From a virus (taxonomy: Duplodnaviria > Caudoviricetes), in the IMG/VR virus record IMGVR_UViG_3300027784_000007, positions 1 to 54,363 of that record: DNA of 54,363 nt; one strand, given 5' to 3'. Made by a program: the position numbers and the translations under genes. Below the pieces are notes generated by a model. It was not told the DNA's origin. It did not search any database and was given only the letters and a program-made list of their open reading frames with translations. Positions 28,527 through 36,736 of this stretch are shown here, one piece after another; position 1 is the stretch's first letter; each line of letters starts with the position of its first letter.

Positions 28527-28718
28527 TCAAGGGATGAGCGTGGCGCGGCCGGCCTGGTAGGCAGCCTCGAGGGCGGCGCGGACGTTCCAGACGGCGTGCT
28601 CGTGGAAGTCCAGGTCGTCCATGTTGCGGTCGGCCAGGGTCTCGAGGTGCAGGTACTCGGCGGCGATGGCCTCGAGCTTCTCGTCGCGGGCCTTGCGCTG
28701 GGCGGTGACGGTGGTCAT
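28527..28718 (-). CDS. DUF6900-like protein
   Basis: IAAEYLHLETLADRNMDDLDFHEHAVWNVRAALEAAYQAG pattern. Confidence 0.7.
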   Translation of the reverse strand: MTTVTAQRKARDEKLEAIAAEYLHLETLADRNMDDLDFHEHAVWNVRAALEAAYQAGRATLIP

Positions 28719-28731
28719 CGGGGGCTCCGTT

Positions 28732-28797
28732 CCGGTTGGTGTAGGGGCACCATACCATGCGCGAGGCCGGGCGGTCAAGCGCCGCTGCACCTATTCT
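28732..28797 (-). promoter_or_regulatory. Repeat promoter element copy 5
   Basis: TTGACC..TGGTATGGTGCCCCTACACCAACCGG. Confidence 0.8.
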
Positions 28798-29156
28798 TGG
28801 ACGAACATGAGCGACAGGACCGGGCGCCACGTCGTGCCGGACTCGAGGTTCACGAGCCGCTCCGGCCACCAGTACGGGTCCTCGTCGGACAGGTGGTACT
28901 CGGCGGCGGCCTCACGCGAGGCGTGGAAGGTGAGCCAGGCGCGGTCGGGGAGCCGGTAGCGCTGGACCAGGACGAACCGGTCCACGAGCAGGTCGGTGTC
29001 CTCGAGGTCGGCGAGGCAGTCCGGGTCGGGGTCGAGCTCGTCGATGAGGTCGCGGAGGCGGCCGTGCGCGAGCAGGTCGGCCTCGAGGCCCCGAGGGGCG
29101 GGGACCCCACCGACGGCAGCGGCGGTGGCCTCCTGGGCGGGCGTGGGGCGGGTCAT
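28791..29156 (-). CDS. Hypothetical protein
   Basis: ATG 29156; stop inside copy 5. Confidence 0.55.
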   Translation of the reverse strand: MTRPTPAQEATAAAVGGVPAPRGLEADLLAHGRLRDLIDELDPDPDCLADLEDTDLLVDRFVLVQRYRLPDRAWLTFHASREAAAEYHLSDEDPYWWPERLVNLESGTTWRPVLSLMFVQE

Positions 29157-29368
29157 GAGCGGGCCTCCTGCAGGTCGGCGAGCGTGGCGTCGGGGGCGAC
29201 CATGCCGATGCCCCATTCCTGGCGCCAGGCGTGAGCGTCAGCGACGTTGGCGGCGACGTGCAGCACGGTCCCGGCGTCGGGGCCCGAGGCCTTGACGACG
29301 AGCACACGGGCTCCCTGGCGGTACAGGCGGGCGGTGTGGATGCGGGCGAGGGCGGCGGTGGTGGCCAT
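29153..29368 (-). CDS. Hypothetical protein
   Basis: 71 aa, GGGAGGACC RBS. Confidence 0.6.
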   Translation of the reverse strand: MATTAALARIHTARLYRQGARVLVVKASGPDAGTVLHVAANVADAHAWRQEWGIGMVAPDATLADLQEARS

Positions 29369-29422
29369 GGGGTCCTCCCGGGTGGTGGTGGCGGGCCCGC
29401 GGTCACGGGCCCGGTGGGTCGG

Positions 29423-29647
29423 TCAGGCGGCGTCGATGTGCTCGGCGTCCGCGCGGGCGGTGGCGACGACCTCGTCGGTGGTGAGGCCGGTGAGGCGGGC
29501 GAGGCGGACGGTGCGGTTGCGCATGCTGCGGGCCCGCTGCAGGGACACGAAACCACCGGTGAGCCGGGCGTGGGCGTAATCGGCGGCGAGGGCCTGGCGG
29601 AGCGCGAACGCGTCGGGGGCGGTGGTGGCGGTGGTCTGGGTCTGCAT
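29423..29647 (-). CDS. Hypothetical accessory protein
   Basis: MQTQTTATT, behind copy 6. Confidence 0.6.
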   Translation of the reverse strand: MQTQTTATTAPDAFALRQALAADYAHARLTGGFVSLQRARSMRNRTVRLARLTGLTTDEVVATARADAEHIDAA

Positions 29648-29661
29648 GGTGGCTCTCCGGT

Positions 29662-29727
29662 GGTTTCGGTGTAGTGCAACCGTACCATAGGTGCGCGGCG
29701 CCGGTCAAGCGCCGCTGCACCTTTCTT
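29662..29727 (-). promoter_or_regulatory. Repeat promoter element copy 6
   Basis: 66 bp identical to 30088-30153. Confidence 0.85.
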
Positions 29728-29760
29728 TGGTGTGGCCGGGGCCGGAGCCCCGGCGGTCGG

Positions 29761-30072
29761 TCACCGGGCGGCGAGGCGCTCGAGCTCGGCGATGCTGATG
29801 TTGCGGCCCGAGCAGGTCCAGGTGTTGCGGCGGTAGCGCAGGACCCAGCGGCCGTTCTTGATGCCGAACCGCAGGCACTCGTCGGGGGTCATGTTGTCGA
29901 ACCGGACCCGGCCGCCAGCGACCCAGTCCTCGTCGCGGTACTCGTGGGAGGTCCAGACGTCGAGGGAGACGCGGCCGGCGGCGAACGCGGCAGCGATGCG
30001 GCGGGCGGTGTCGGGGCGGAGGCTGGACAGGGCGTGGTCGGTGGCGGTGGCGAGCTCGGTGGCGGTGTTCAT
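29761..30072 (-). CDS. Hypothetical accessory protein
   Basis: MNTATELATAT, behind copy 7. Confidence 0.6.
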   Translation of the reverse strand: MNTATELATATDHALSSLRPDTARRIAAAFAAGRVSLDVWTSHEYRDEDWVAGGRVRFDNMTPDECLRFGIKNGRWVLRYRRNTWTCSGRNISIAELERLAAR

Positions 30073-30087
30073 CGTGGTCCCTCCCGG

Positions 30088-30153
30088 GGTTTCGGTGTAG
30101 TGCAACCGTACCATAGGTGCGCGGCGCCGGTCAAGCGCCGCTGCACCTTTCTT
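30088..30153 (-). promoter_or_regulatory. Repeat promoter element copy 7
   Basis: 66 bp identical to 29662-29727. Confidence 0.85.
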
Positions 30154-30156
30154 CGG

Positions 30157-30399
30157 TCAGTCGTTCATGACGTCGACGGTGACGCCCGGCCCCTCGTAGG
30201 TCACGACGTCGGACCAGGACGCCTCGACGCGGGCCAGGACCACGAGCCCGGTCGCGGGGCGGAACAGGACCTCGTTCGGCCAGTAGCCAGGGGCCCAGCC
30301 GAGGTCGGACGCGGCGGCGAGCAGCTTGACGCCCTCGCTGTCACGGCGCATCACGTCGACGGCGTCGGACGGGACGATGGGGAGGGTCTGGGTCTGCAT
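30157..30399 (-). CDS. Hypothetical protein
   Basis: MQTQTLPIV; ACACCAACCGGAGAG leader. Confidence 0.6.
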   Translation of the reverse strand: MQTQTLPIVPSDAVDVMRRDSEGVKLLAAASDLGWAPGYWPNEVLFRPATGLVVLARVEASWSDVVTYEGPGVTVDVMND

Positions 30400-30450
30400 G
30401 GTGGCTCTCCGGTTGGTGTGGCCGGGGCGGCCCGGCGGGTGGGGCTGCGG

Positions 30451-30642
30451 TCAGGGGACGATGAGCGCCGAGGGGGCGACGGTCTGCGTGAAGCGGGTCC
30501 CGCGGACCCGGGCCTCGAGCTTGCCGCGGCGGACGGTGACGTGGACCTCGGTGCCGGCGGGGAAGGCGCGGACGCCGGTGTTGACGCGGGTGCGGGGGTC
30601 CTTGGTGGAGAAGGTGATGGTGCGGGCGGTGGTGGCGGTCAT
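30451..30642 (-). CDS. Hypothetical accessory protein
   Basis: 63 aa behind copy 8. Confidence 0.6.
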   Translation of the reverse strand: MTATTARTITFSTKDPRTRVNTGVRAFPAGTEVHVTVRRGKLEARVRGTRFTQTVAPSALIVP

Positions 30643-30654
30643 CGGGGTCCCTCT

Positions 30655-30720
30655 CGGTTGGTGTAGTGCAACCGTACCATCCGGGCGCCGGCCCGGTCAA
30701 GTCATTCTGCACTCTTTCTT
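30655..30720 (-). promoter_or_regulatory. Repeat promoter element copy 8
   Basis: TTGACC..TGGTACGGTTGCACTACACCAACCG. Confidence 0.8.
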
Positions 30721-30875
30721 GCGGACTCGAGCCAGTCGTAGCGGCCAGCCAGACGAGCCAGCGCCAGGACGCAAACCATGGCGATGTTCGGGTCGGGGCG
30801 CTCGCCCCTGCCGACCTGGGCGAGGCCGACGGTGAGGGCGAGGTCCTCGAGGGGGTCGAGCTCCGGGGCGCTCAC
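30702..30875 (-). CDS. Hypothetical protein
   Basis: Not in ORF track: MSAPELDPLEDLALTVGL...ARKSAE; GTGA overlap; stop inside copy 8. Confidence 0.5.
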   Translation of the reverse strand: MSAPELDPLEDLALTVGLAQVGRGERPDPNIAMVCVLALARLAGRYDWLESARKSAE

Positions 30876-31102
30876 TGCAGCACCAGGGCGGAGGCGCCCA
30901 TCGCGCCAGGCCCGAACCGGCGCGCGTCGTAGCCAGACGTGCGGGACACCTGACGGCGCTCGAGGGCCAGGTCGACCCGGGCGATGAGGTTGCGGCCGTC
31001 AGCGAGCGTGAACTCGAGCGGGTCGCCCTCGAGGCGGCGCACCTCGACGCGGACACGGCCGGCGGTGGGGGCGGACAGGACGACGGTGGCTGGGATGGTC
31101 AT
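30872..31102 (-). CDS. Hypothetical protein
   Basis: MTIPATVVL, AGGAG RBS. Confidence 0.55.
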   Translation of the reverse strand: MTIPATVVLSAPTAGRVRVEVRRLEGDPLEFTLADGRNLIARVDLALERRQVSRTSGYDARRFGPGAMGASALVLQ

Positions 31103-31110
31103 GACGGCTC

Positions 31111-31398
31111 CTAGATGCCGAGCCGGGCGCGGAGCGCGGCGAGGTCGTTGTCGATGGGGGCGAGGCGGACGTGGAACCCGGGCTGGTCCTCGACGTGGTG
31201 GCGGTCGCAGAGGACGTCGATGGGGACGGACCCGAGGTCGTCGGGGCCGGCGTCGGCGTCGGTGACCACGGCGAACGCGGCGAACCGGGTGCAGCAGGGG
31301 CCCAGGTCGCAGGTCATCCCTTCGGCCCACTCACGGACCAGGTGGCCGAGCTGCTTGCGACGCTCGAGGTTGGCGAGGGCGGTGGCGGTGTCAGTCAT
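31111..31398 (-). CDS. Hypothetical accessory protein (Cys/His motif)
   Basis: 95 aa behind copy 9. Confidence 0.6.
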   Translation of the reverse strand: MTDTATALANLERRKQLGHLVREWAEGMTCDLGPCCTRFAAFAVVTDADAGPDDLGSVPIDVLCDRHHVEDQPGFHVRLAPIDNDLAALRARLGI

Positions 31399-31411
31399 GG
31401 TGGGCTCCGGT

Positions 31412-31477
31412 GGTTGCGGTGTAGTGACACCTTACCATGCAGGGCGCCGGGCGGTCAAGCGCCGCTGCACCGTTCTT
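31412..31477 (-). promoter_or_regulatory. Repeat promoter element copy 9
   Basis: TTGACC..TGGTAAGGTGTCACTACACC. Confidence 0.8.
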
Positions 31478-31774
31478 TCAGCGGATGGGGAGCTCGTTGA
31501 TGGCCCGGCCCAGGGCCTGTCCGAGCTGCCGCGAGGTCGCCAGGCTCAGGTCGTCCTCGACGCTGACGTGGCTGGCGAGGGCCTCGAGCAGGACGGACGC
31601 GGGCAGGCAGGTCGCGAGGTGGTCGGCCAGGACGCGGAGCTCCTCGGGCGTGCCGTGGTCGGCGAACATCGCCATCGCGCTGAACGCGAGGACGCCGGCA
31701 TCCGGCTCGTCGGGAGCGGCCACCTTGGTGGCGTGCTCGAGGATGAGGGCGGCGGTGAGGTCGGTGGCGGTCAT
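31478..31774 (-). CDS. Hypothetical protein
   Basis: 98 aa, CCGGGAGGACC RBS. Confidence 0.6.
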   Translation of the reverse strand: MTATDLTAALILEHATKVAAPDEPDAGVLAFSAMAMFADHGTPEELRVLADHLATCLPASVLLEALASHVSVEDDLSLATSRQLGQALGRAINELPIR

Positions 31775-31831
31775 GGCGGGGTCCTCCCGGTGGTTGGGGG
31801 GCCCGCGGAGGGCGGGCCCCGTGGTGGGCTG

Positions 31832-32221
31832 TCAGCCGGCGTACCAGGCCTTCAGCGCGTCGCGGTCGATGGCGGCGTGTGCCACGACGACCGGGCAGTC
31901 GGTGAACGTGATGACGCCGAACGCGGTCTCGACGTCGATGGCGTTGTCGGCGGAGGCGTAGCAGCGGACGGTGGTGCCGGCCGGGATGGTGACGAACCCA
32001 ACCTCGGCGCCGACCTTGGTCCAGGACGGGACCAGAGCGAAGTGTCCGTTCTCGCTGCGGCCGACCCACTTGTTGATGCCGTCGAGGTCGTGGGTCAGGC
32101 TGCCGTCGGCGTTGGCCGTGATGTGCTCCACGAACAGCGAGCCCGGCTCGTCCATCAGCATCAGCGAGGGGAGGTTGACGCCGGGGCCGGCGGTGGGGGC
32201 GGTGGCGGTCTGGTTGGTCAT
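31832..32221 (-). CDS. Hypothetical accessory protein
   Basis: MTNQTATA, behind copy 10. Confidence 0.6.
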   Translation of the reverse strand: MTNQTATAPTAGPGVNLPSLMLMDEPGSLFVEHITANADGSLTHDLDGINKWVGRSENGHFALVPSWTKVGAEVGFVTIPAGTTVRCYASADNAIDVETAFGVITFTDCPVVVAHAAIDRDALKAWYAG

Positions 32222-32234
32222 CGTGCGCTCCGTT

Positions 32235-32301
32235 CCGGTTGGTGTAGTAGCACCATACCATCCGGGCGCGGGGCCGGTCAACCGGTTCTGCACTCTTTCT
32301 T
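32235..32301 (-). promoter_or_regulatory. Repeat promoter element copy 10
   Basis: TTGACC..TGGTATGGTGCTACTACACCAACCGG. Confidence 0.8.
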
Positions 32302-32393
32302 CGGGAATCTTCCCGGGCAGAGCGAGGCCCCAGGCCGGGGGGGGGACCTGGGGCCTCGCGGGGGGCCGGAAGGGGACGACCGGCCGAGCTGCA

Positions 32394-32927
32394 TCATGCC
32401 AGAGCGGACCGGAGGTTCGCCAGCGTGGCGCCGTGCTCGTCCTTCCACCAGGTCCAGCCGTTCGCGGCGGTGTTCTTGGCGCCGACGGCGGCCTTGATGG
32501 CCTGGGCGGCGCCGGACGGGGACCGGTAGGCCCCGACGACCTCGGGCGTGAGCTGGTCGGCCCAGATGGGGTCGAGCGGGGACTCGAGGCCGCGCAGCTC
32601 GAGGCCGTCCTCGGTGACCACGGCGGTGGCGCGGAGGCCCTTGTAGCGGGCCACGAGCTCCTGCCCTGGGGTGATGGCGCCAGCGGCCAGCAGGGGCGCG
32701 AGCGGGGCGACACGGGGCGCCCTGACGGGCTCCGGGGCCGGCTCCGGCTCGGGAGCGACGAACCGGTCGCCGAACCGCTCCGAGCAGGCCTTGCAGGTCG
32801 GCGCTTCGTCGGTGGGGTCGAACCGGCCGGTCTGCAGGGCGCGGCCCGAGCAGGCGGTCTTGGTGCCGGCGGCGGTGACGCGGACGGCGTGGACCAGGCC
32901 GGTGGTGGTCATCTTGACGGTGTTCAT
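32394..32927 (-). CDS. RAMA-like (restriction/adenine-methylase-associated) domain protein
   Basis: LLAAGAITPGQEL...ATAVVTEDG...YRSPSGAA...NGWTWWK...TLANLR; N-terminal H/C zinc-like motif. Confidence 0.65.
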   Translation of the reverse strand: MNTVKMTTTGLVHAVRVTAAGTKTACSGRALQTGRFDPTDEAPTCKACSERFGDRFVAPEPEPAPEPVRAPRVAPLAPLLAAGAITPGQELVARYKGLRATAVVTEDGLELRGLESPLDPIWADQLTPEVVGAYRSPSGAAQAIKAAVGAKNTAANGWTWWKDEHGATLANLRSALA

Positions 32928-32979
32928 GGCTTCTCCGGTTGGTGTGAGCCGGGGCCGGTGAGCCCCGGGCGAGCGGCTG

Positions 32980-33279
32980 TCAGTGCTGCCGGCAGCCGCA
33001 GTGGACGGGGCGGTGCAGGAACTCGGGAGCCCGGCAGCCGCAGTCGCCGGGGCAGTAGCAGCGGAGGGTCTTGCGCAGCTTCGGGGCCGGCAGGGTCGCG
33101 GCGAGGTCGATGGCCTGGCGCGACAGGGCCCGACGGGCGTCGGTGGTGCGCTCGGGGACGATGGCGTCGAGCTCGAGCTCGGCCTCGACCAGGGCGGCGC
33201 GGGCCTCGTCGAACCGGCCAGCGGCGACGAGCGCGTCCGAGCGGACGATGAGGGCGGCGGCGGTGTCGATGGCGGTCAT
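32980..33279 (-). CDS. Hypothetical protein with Cys-rich C-terminus
   Basis: 99 aa; CYCPGDCGC...HCGCRQH. Confidence 0.6.
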   Translation of the reverse strand: MTAIDTAAALIVRSDALVAAGRFDEARAALVEAELELDAIVPERTTDARRALSRQAIDLAATLPAPKLRKTLRCYCPGDCGCRAPEFLHRPVHCGCRQH

Positions 33280-33306
33280 GGCGGGTCCTCCCGGGCGGCT
33301 TGGCGG

Positions 33307-33531
33307 TCAGCGGATGACGTGGCAGACCTGGTCCTCGGTGACGCGGAGGTCACGGCGCAGGCCCTCGATGCGGACGACCATGCCGACGGCGCCGCGCCGG
33401 ACGCTGGTAAGCGGGGCCAGGGCGCCACCGCTGTTGACGATGCGGTCGCCGACCTGCAGGGACTCGCCACGGATGGCGATGACGCCCTTGGGGAGGCGGT
33501 CGAGCTCGCGTCGGGTCTGGATGGTGGTCAT
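33307..33531 (-). CDS. Hypothetical accessory protein
   Basis: 74 aa behind copy 11. Confidence 0.6.
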   Translation of the reverse strand: MTTIQTRRELDRLPKGVIAIRGESLQVGDRIVNSGGALAPLTSVRRGAVGMVVRIEGLRRDLRVTEDQVCHVIR

Positions 33532-33543
33532 TGCGGTCCCTCT

Positions 33544-33610
33544 CGGTTGGTGTAGTGCAACCGTACCATGCGAGGCCGACGGCGGTCAAGCGCCGCTGCA
33601 CTCTTTCTTT
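33544..33610 (-). promoter_or_regulatory. Repeat promoter element copy 11
   Basis: TTGACC..TGGTACGGTTGCACTACACCAACCG. Confidence 0.8.
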
Positions 33611-33624
33611 CCCCGGACACGACG

Positions 33625-33650
33625 AGGCCCCGACGCCGGAGCATCGGGGC
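33625..33650 (-). terminator. GC hairpin terminator-like element
   Basis: GGCCCCGATGC-TCCG-GCGTCGGGGCC followed by TCGTCGTGT. Confidence 0.5.
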
Positions 33651-33716
33651 CAGTCGCCGGTGTCCCTTCCCCGTGGACACCTGGCAGGACCGTAGCAGGA
33701 CGGCCGGCAGGTTCGC

Positions 33717-34058
33717 TCAGGACCAGACGACCTGCAGCCCGTCGGCGACCGCGGCCGCAGCGACCTCGTGCAGGCGCTCGAGGCGGGCCTGCAGGTAGCC
33801 AGGCTCGCGGCCGGCGTCGATGAACCGGCCGAACCCGAACTCCGAGGTGCCCTCCCACTCGTGCTCGGGCAGGCCCTCGTCGGTGGGGGCGACGGCCAGC
33901 GCCATCAGGACGCGGCCCAGGAACTCCTGAGCGTCCATCGACCCGCACCAGAGGTCGTCGCCCTCGATGCCCAGGGACTCGAGGACCGGCCGCGCGTTGC
34001 GGTTGGACATGTTGACGCCGTCGACGTTGCCGGCGGTGGTGGTGACGGTGACGGACAT
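33717..34058 (-). CDS. Hypothetical protein
   Basis: 113 aa, GGAGG RBS. Confidence 0.6.
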   Translation of the reverse strand: MSVTVTTTAGNVDGVNMSNRNARPVLESLGIEGDDLWCGSMDAQEFLGRVLMALAVAPTDEGLPEHEWEGTSEFGFGRFIDAGREPGYLQARLERLHEVAAAAVADGLQVVWS

Positions 34059-34101
34059 GGTGGCCTCCGGTTGGGGAGGGGCCCCGTGGGGCCCGGGACG
34101 G

Positions 34102-34338
34102 TCAGGCTGGGTCTTGGATGGCGACGACGGTGAGGCCGTTCTCGGTGGCGGTCTTGCGGATGGCGGCCTCGTTGGCGCTGAAGCGGACGACCAGGCCCGA
34201 GGTGGTGTAGGGGTTGCCGGTGCCGACGGCGGCCCAGGCGGCGTTCTTGTTCTTGGCGGCGATGGTGGCGCCGTCGTGGGCGACGGTGACCTCGCGGCCA
34301 GCGGTGCCGGCGGTGGCGGTGGCGGTGGCGGTGGTCAT
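34102..34338 (-). CDS. Hypothetical accessory protein
   Basis: MTTATATATA, behind copy 12. Confidence 0.6.
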   Translation of the reverse strand: MTTATATATAGTAGREVTVAHDGATIAAKNKNAAWAAVGTGNPYTTSGLVVRFSANEAAIRKTATENGLTVVAIQDPA

Positions 34339-34349
34339 CGTGGGCTCCT

Positions 34350-34416
34350 CCGGTTGGTGTAGTCACACCTTACCATGCGAGGGCCGAACCGGTCAAGGGG
34401 GACTGCACTCTTTCTT
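34350..34416 (-). promoter_or_regulatory. Repeat promoter element copy 12
   Basis: TTGACC..TGGTAAGGTGTGACTACACCAACCGG. Confidence 0.8.
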
Positions 34417-34449
34417 CGATGTAGGCGCGGCGGCGGGCGGCGAGCGTGG

Positions 34450-34683
34450 TCATCGGGGCAGCGACAGCGCGGCGGAGCGCTTGTCGGCGAGGTCGCTCCG
34501 GGACCAGCGCGAACCGGCCGGGCGCCAGCCGTAATAGGAGCCGCCGTGGCTCTCGAGCCGGACGTACTCGATGGCGCCCAGGACGCGGCCCGAGGGGTCG
34601 AGGATGCGTTCAGCGAGGATGGCGGTGGCGGTGGGGACACGCTCGGCAGCGAGGTCGGTGCCTGCGATGCGGATGGCGGTCAT
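34450..34683 (-). CDS. Hypothetical protein
   Basis: 77 aa, ATGA overlap. Confidence 0.55.
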   Translation of the reverse strand: MTAIRIAGTDLAAERVPTATAILAERILDPSGRVLGAIEYVRLESHGGSYYGWRPAGSRWSRSDLADKRSAALSLPR

Positions 34684-34772
34684 CGCGCGCGGTCGATGGC
34701 GAACAGGACGGGCAGCCCCAGCGTGCCGAACAGCACGAGCGTGGTGACGACCCAGAGGCCGATGGCGGTCAT
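34680..34772 (-). CDS. 30-aa single-TM peptide
   Basis: Not in ORF track: MTAIGLWVVTTLVLFGTLGLPVLFAIDRAR, CCGGGAGGACC RBS. Confidence 0.55.
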   Translation of the reverse strand: MTAIGLWVVTTLVLFGTLGLPVLFAIDRAR

Positions 34773-34819
34773 GGTGGTCCTCCCGGTGGTTGTGGCGGGG
34801 TTGTCGGCGGTTGTGCCGG

Positions 34820-35274
34820 CGGTTCTGCAGCTCCCGAGGTGCAGGGGCCAGGCCCTGAGCCCCTGAGCGGGGGAGGGGAGGCGAGCGGCCTCGGGAGCCG
34901 GGACATCAGCAGCCTCCGGGACACTCGGCGCGGCGGCCGGCGGTCCTGGTGAGCATCTGGGTTCAGGGGATTCGTCGCTGGTCGCGCGGCCGGCCTCATC
35001 GGTGACGGCGCACCCCTTACTAACTCGCTGCCTTCGCCCGTGTCCCGGTCCTTGCCCACCCCGAGGGGCTGCTGGTTGCCGGGAGCCGTATCGCCGTGGT
35101 CGTCGGCTCGAGGGCGGTGGCTAGCCGGCCCCGAACGTCCTCCCACCTTGCGAGGTCTTACGCGTTCCCAGACCCCCCGGTCATCGCCGGCCACCGCTCG
35201 CGGATGGTGCCACCGTCCGCGGTGCCGAGCGCCCTGGGGGCTGCTGAGGTCCCTATGCAGTTCTCAACCGGTAC
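34820..35274 (-). ncRNA. Candidate large structured non-coding RNA (~450 nt)
   Basis: Own promoter, no credible ORF, 30-bp long-range helix 35224-35253/34900-34929, 10-bp stem 34830-34839/34889-34898, and several internal hairpins. Confidence 0.65.
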
Positions 35275-35330
35275 AGGGGCACCGTACCATGGGCGCGCGA
35301 CGGCGGTCAAGTAATCCTGCACTATTCTTT
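35275..35330 (-). promoter_or_regulatory. Repeat promoter element copy 13 (drives candidate ncRNA)
   Basis: AGTGCAG..TTGACC..TGGTACGGTGCCCCT, without the ACACCAACC leader/RBS. Confidence 0.75.
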
Positions 35331-36665
35331 CGGCGGGAGGAACCGGGACCGGACCGCGGGCTCGCCAGTCTCGTCCTCGAGGCGGGCCACGATGACGTCG
35401 ACGTAGCCAGGGTCGAGCTCGATGCCGGCGCCGACCCGGCCGACCCGGGCTGCAGCGACCAGGGTCGAGCCCGAACCCGCGAACGGGTCGACGACGAGCT
35501 CGCCAGGCAGGGTGGAGTTCAGCAGGGACCTGCCGATGAGCTCGAGCGGCTTCATCGTCGGATGCAGGTCGGACCGGGCAGGACGGGGGATGGTCCACAC
35601 GGTCGTCTGCTTGCGGCCTCCCCACCAGGGGTGAGCGCCACCAGGCGTCCATCCGTACAGCAGCTCGGCGTGGTCGGGGGCGTAAGCGGCCACCTCGTCA
35701 GGGTCGGGGTCCACGCGCGGGTCAGCGCCGGGCGTGGCGCCGAACAGGACGGACTCGTGCTGGCCGTGGTAGTCGGACCGGGCGAGCACGAGCCGGTCCT
35801 TGGCCCAGACGATGGTCTGGCGCCACACCTTCAGCTCGGTGAGGACCAGGGCGAACGCGAGCAGCTCCGGCCCGGACGGGGAGGCGACGTACCACGGGGC
35901 GCCGGGCTTGGTCACGGCGAGCAGCGGCTCGAGGGCGTCGCGGAGCAGGGCGGCCAGGGCGTCGATGCCGAGGTCGTCGTTCGCAATCTTGCGGTGGCGG
36001 GAGCCCTCCTCGACGTAGTCGATGCCGTAGGGCGGGTCGGTCCAGACGGCGTCTACGGGCCCGTCGCCCACCGCGGCGCCCAGGGCCAGCGGGTCGGTCG
36101 CGTCGCCGCACACGACGCGGTGTGGGCCCACCTCCCACACGTCGCCGAGGGCGGCGGTCGGGACCTCGGGCAGCGGCGGCGGGTCGTCGTCCTCGAGGGA
36201 CACGGCCCGGGCGGCGTCGAGCTCGGACCGGAGCTCGTCGATGTCGCCACGGTCGTAGCCGACCCCTGCGAGGCCGTCGGGGGCGTTCTGCAGGTCGTCG
36301 AGCAGGGCCAGCAGGGCCTCGCCATCCCAGCCTCCGACCTCGGTGGTGCGGTTGAGGGCGATGAGGGCGGCCTCGGCCTCGAGGTCGTTCGCGGAGGACC
36401 AGCCGACGACGCGAGGCACGAGCCAGGCGCCGTTGTCGCCGGTGTCGATGCCATCTGGCGGAGGTTGCTCTGTGTCGCGGAGGTGCTGCAGGGCCTTGAG
36501 GCGGCCGTGGCCGGCGGCGAGCTTCCCGGTCCGCTCGTCGATGACGACGGGGTCGATGAACCCGAACCGGGCGAGCGACCCCGCGATGAGCTCCACGTCG
36601 TGGGCTTTGGGGTTGCGCTCGTGGGCCACGAGCTCGTCGAGGGGGGCGTAGGTCACGGACAGCAC
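35322..36665 (-). CDS. ParB-like N-terminus plus DNA (N6A/N4C) methyltransferase
   Basis: ERNPKAH..FGFIDPVVID..AGHGRL; TDPPYG, HPTMKP, DPFAGSGST, GIELDPGY. Confidence 0.9.
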   Translation of the reverse strand: MLSVTYAPLDELVAHERNPKAHDVELIAGSLARFGFIDPVVIDERTGKLAAGHGRLKALQHLRDTEQPPPDGIDTGDNGAWLVPRVVGWSSANDLEAEAALIALNRTTEVGGWDGEALLALLDDLQNAPDGLAGVGYDRGDIDELRSELDAARAVSLEDDDPPPLPEVPTAALGDVWEVGPHRVVCGDATDPLALGAAVGDGPVDAVWTDPPYGIDYVEEGSRHRKIANDDLGIDALAALLRDALEPLLAVTKPGAPWYVASPSGPELLAFALVLTELKVWRQTIVWAKDRLVLARSDYHGQHESVLFGATPGADPRVDPDPDEVAAYAPDHAELLYGWTPGGAHPWWGGRKQTTVWTIPRPARSDLHPTMKPLELIGRSLLNSTLPGELVVDPFAGSGSTLVAAARVGRVGAGIELDPGYVDVIVARLEDETGEPAVRSRFLPPKE

Positions 36666-36736
36666 GGCAGTCTCCGCGGTCGGGGAGGCAAGCGTAGGCC
36701 CCGGCGCGGAGCCGGGGCCAGGACGGGCGGCGGCGG

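Noticed and set aside
34965-35005. Hammerhead-like CCGAUGAG...CGAA in the candidate ncRNA
   Set aside because: Departs from the CUGAnGA/GAAA core and I could not build stems I and III.
34769-35194. 141-aa minus-strand ORF across the structured region
   Set aside because: Pro/Arg/Gly low-complexity translation, no RBS, and extensive base-pairing better explained as RNA.
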